Positions 60,689 through 64,000 of a stretch of 64,000 nt of DNA are shown in pieces. Origin of the DNA: Azolla caroliniana (Eukaryota > Plantae > Polypodiophyta). A program made the translations under genes and the position numbers. The stretch is from assembly GCA_043228905.1 (NCBI GenBank), contig JBHGNT010000010.1, forward strand, positions 11,842,001-11,906,000. The letters run 5' to 3'. The notes beneath the pieces are model-generated. The model had not been told where the DNA came from and did no database searches. It worked only from the letters and a program-made list of their open reading frames with translations. Every line of letters begins with the position of its first letter. The stretch's first letter is position 1.

Positions 60689-61806
60689 TGTCGTGAAGAT
60701 TTTCGGCAATGGTGTGAAAATTGCATGGAATGTACAAAATTGAGTGTGGTTCTTCACACACAATATGAAACAATAATAATGAATATATTTTTTTATATCT
60801 TGGTACGAAAAGATGGATGTCTTCAAGAGCTTCCGAATACATTTTACTACATGTGAAATGGACAACTTAGTGTCAAGTTATGTGAGTGTGAAGTTTAAGA
60901 AGAAGAATAGAAAAATAAAACTGTGAGATATCCCACATAGATAGGACAAATCAGGATCCCACAGTATATAACAAGAGTCAGAACTTATTACTTTTTGTCT
61001 ATGAGTGGAGCACAAAATGTTCTTAGGCTAAACTGTGGCTTACCTACTCGTAATGGTTTTGGGTGACCGGACGGCGCCGAACCGGAACCGGATCGGATAG
61101 ACCGGATCACTAGGTTAGATGTAGACCGGATAAATCGGATAGATGGATTGATCAGATAGGTTGATCGCGATGATTACGGTGTGAAACGAACAAAATATCT
61201 AGACTAAAGAACCTAGTAAAAGTTTGTATAGAAAGGGATGCAAGCAAGGCTTGAACCTTGCACCTCCAAGATATGAGGCAATAAACTTACCACTAAGCTA
61301 AGTCATTTCCTTAGAAACATTTTTTCTATCATTATAGTTTTCCATGTAAATTCTCATATTAGAGCTTGATTGAGTGACATGGTTATCATGCATCACATGT
61401 AATGAATGAGGGCCAAATGGCAAACATGCATCACATGCATTTCGTGCATTGTATGCATGTCTTGTACCCTCACATGCATCATATGCATGGGGGCGTCTAT
61501 AAAAGAGTGGTTGAAAAAGATCAAAGGGGGGCGATGTATGAATCAAGAAATGAAAAGTAAGAAAACTTGTTATCCCATTTGGTGATGTATATATCTTGTC
61601 TCTCAAATCTAAAGTCAAGGGTTCAATCTTAATCTCTCTCAACTTAAAGTCAAGCGTTTTATCTTATCTCAATCTCTCTCTCTCTCTCTTTCAATCTACC
61701 TTAAATACTTTCTCGTTAAAGCTACTACAAGCTTCGAATCCTTCCGGTCCAAAACCCCTGCGGTTCCGCCTCACGATCCGCACGTGGTGACGGTTTTTTC
61801 ACGACA
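60689..61806 (+). repeat. G 3' LTR
   Basis: Repeat of the reconstructed 5' LTR; ends CACGACA. Confidence 0.92.
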
Positions 61807-62824
61807 GCGGAGACTGCACGACCAAGCCTCCACTACTCACCGGCTCCACATCCGACTAAGTCTCTCATTTGGCCCATTTAGTTGGAATGAGATCGGTTTC
61901 TATTACTACCTCCTGGAAAACACCTTCGATTACTCCTCTAAGTAATTGGGTTAAGGAATCGTGGTCACGTAAGAGACTAAGGTAGGTCCACGTAGGGGTC
62001 GAAACGTTACACCCTTCTGCTATGAACACTTGGAGAATCGGCTACAACTGATTCTTAATCACGAGTCACAGAATAGACAACAGAAGTTGAAATAGATTTG
62101 AAATGAGACATGCATAGAGGTTGACCCAAAGAGTATAGGTATTTGATTTCTTAACAGATAATGTAATGATAGTACAAAATCGAGTATAATCGGTATCACT
62201 CACTCACTCAATACAACTCTAGACTTAGGCTTAGTCACTTTGACTTAGAATGTCATGAATACATAAACATCATGGTTTCAACTAGGCTTGAACCCAAGAC
62301 CTTGTAATACAGGTTGAGATATAAGCTCAACTAGATTTAGTTAGTCAGTCAACACACGTAACTTAATAGTTACCTAGATAGAATCTAGTTAGTGTGTTGA
62401 CCTTAAAGCCTTAAAGAGGATTTTGAACTTGAGTAAGATAAATTGTAGATCCTCCACTCCCATGTTCATTTAATATAGAACTTACACGTTTGTACCTATA
62501 TTCTACTCACACATGTGCACCTTTGCACATGAGATGTATATATACCTCATTGTGGGTATTTTTGTATTTGATGTTGCTTTTTATATAGTTAATCATCCCC
62601 CATCTTGTCTCGTTGTTCATAAGTGTTAACTTCCTCTCTCTCTTTCTCTGACACACATACACACACATATCAGTTAATTTTTCGCTTAAATTAATCACAT
62701 AATTAGGTACTAATTAACCCTTGCTTAATTACCTAATTCTTAACAATATATAATCAAGAGCCCAACCATTAAGATAGCCTATGGTCATAAGAAATGATAA
62801 AAGCTACTTTTTGTAATATACTGA

Positions 62825-63085
62825 TTATTGTAAATACTTTGGAACATTCTAGAATATCCTAGAACATCTTAGAATATTCTAGGTGTAGAACATTATAGAA
62901 ATCTCTATGTTATTCTATAGGAACCTATAAATATAGACATACAATTATTGTAAATACTCTAGAACATTCTAGAACATTCTAGAATATCCTAGAACATCTT
63001 AGAATATTCTAGGTGTTGAACATTCTAGAACATAATAGAAATCTCTAGGCTATTCTATAGGAACCTATAAATATAGACATACAAT
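62825..63085 (+). promoter_or_regulatory. Duplicated heat-shock-element-like array with TATA box, probably in a solo LTR (~62812-63173)
   Basis: 10-bp periodic AGAACATTCT (alternating nGAAn/nTTCn), each block followed by CTATAAATA; unit of ~120-140 bp duplicated. Confidence 0.55.
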
Positions 63086-63199
63086 TATTCTCAAACCAAT
63101 TCGAATCAACAACAGTCTTTAGCTCTCATTGCATATCTTGTATCCATTCTCTTTCTCTTTCTATCTTAATACACCCATTATTCTCTTATCATTTCATCC

Positions 63200-63602
63200 C
63201 TTTTCTTCTCGTGTTCCCTTGACTTTGAATTTGAAAACAAGATACACCGCCAATAAGATAACTAGGAATTTTTTAGTACTAGTTTGTTGATTCAATATAT
63301 CTTTTTAGTCCCCCTCCTTTCTCTTCGTTTCTTTCTTTTATAGATGCCCCCATGCATATGATGCATGTCAGCGTGTAAGCCATGCATACAATCCATGCGA
63401 TGCATGATTGCCATTTGGTGCTCATGCATCGCATGTGATACATGATAACCATACCACTCATTCAAGCTCTCATTTATGAGAATTTACATGTCAAAATTAC
63501 AATGATGAAAATAGACCTTAGAATAACAACTTAGCCTAATTGTATGTCAATTGTCTCCTATGTTGGAGGTGTAAGGTTCAAAACCCATGTGCACATTAAC
63601 GT
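63200..63602 (-). repeat. LTR fragment of the B/F/G-like family
   Basis: RY cluster 63350-63445, TATA ttttatag, A/B-box module 63532-63585. Confidence 0.7.
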
Positions 63603-64000
63603 TGTTGCGTTACTATGCGCGTGCGTGGAGAAACGAGGTGGGACCACCGGGGTCTTGAACCGAAGAGCAGGTGATAGAAGGGGAAAGAGAAATAGAGAGA
63701 CGCCCGGTTACGTATGAGCAAAGAAACACAGGGACACGGCACGTCAACGCAGAAGACACGAATGGACACAAAGACAGAGAGACACAAATGTTTGTATATT
63801 AACGAATGACAAATAAACAACAGAGCACGCGAGCAGTTACAACCGAACAGGCCGACGAACTGATGTCAATGCTTGCTCGTCTGCGCACAAAAGGAGATAG
63901 GATGGAGGTGCTGCCAGAAGCACACGGGCGTTCCTCGAAGCAGCGCGAGCCTCCCGAAAACCTGCAGAGAAGAGCGATGGAGAACGAACAGAGGAGAAGC
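63603..64000 (-). mobile_element. LTR (A/E-related family) running off the window edge
   Basis: Ends ...acgcaaca on the minus strand next to acgt; matches E and resembles the A LTR U5. Confidence 0.75.

Larger units (their letters stand above)
43469..61806 (+). mobile_element. Element G: full-length decayed Ty3/Gypsy (B-like) inserted in the Copia element
   Basis: Split 5' LTR (43469-44013 plus 54391-54999), PBS 55008-55025, PPT ~60672-60688, 3' LTR 60689-61806, TSD acgg/gcgg. Confidence 0.9.
29645..61900 (-). mobile_element. Ty1/Copia element, 5' part missing, split by F and G; right boundary approximate
   Basis: 3' LTR 29645-30118, PPT TTGAGGGGGAG, RNase H 30673-31227, RT 42200-43306; frame LQCAHRIMRY is restored across F. 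Confidence 0.75.

Noticed and set aside
62812-63173. Firm solo-LTR call around the HSE array
   Set aside because: TGTA...TACA ends are present but the flanks (ctttt/cccat) form no TSD, so boundaries remain tentative.

Overview
Gene-free, transposon-dense plant DNA; a TTTAGGG telomere tract, a plant tRNA-Trp primer site and the element types suggest a bryophyte such as a Physcomitrium-like moss (inference). Almost the whole window is two stacks of nested retroelements. Stack 1 (1-26749): gag-only element A contains B, which contains C, which contains an LTR fragment E interrupted by young element D. Stack 2 (29645-~61900): a Ty1/Copia element is split by gag-only element F (carrying a 5'-truncated L1-like LINE and a solo LTR) and by element G, whose 5' LTR holds a foreign solo LTR, then an H-type solo LTR, then full element H. 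A-D and F-H are non-chromoviral Ty3/Gypsy elements sharing a tRNA-Trp PBS and TGTCG...CGACA LTR ends. Main observations: (1) all 11 scorable insertion sites of this clade are 4-bp targets centred on CpG; (2) 11 LTR copies from several families carry an antisense tRNA-like Pol III A-box/B-box module with invariant 43-nt spacing, next to an RY (CATGCA) cluster; (3) a covarying H-type pseudoknot and slippery site sit between protease and RT; (4) a covarying hairpin precedes the PPT; (5) the LINE carries a 3' array of about seven ~165-bp units; (6) a telomere-repeat repair scar lies inside a protease gene. No host gene, CRISPR array, rRNA or complete tRNA gene was found. All analysis was by eye.
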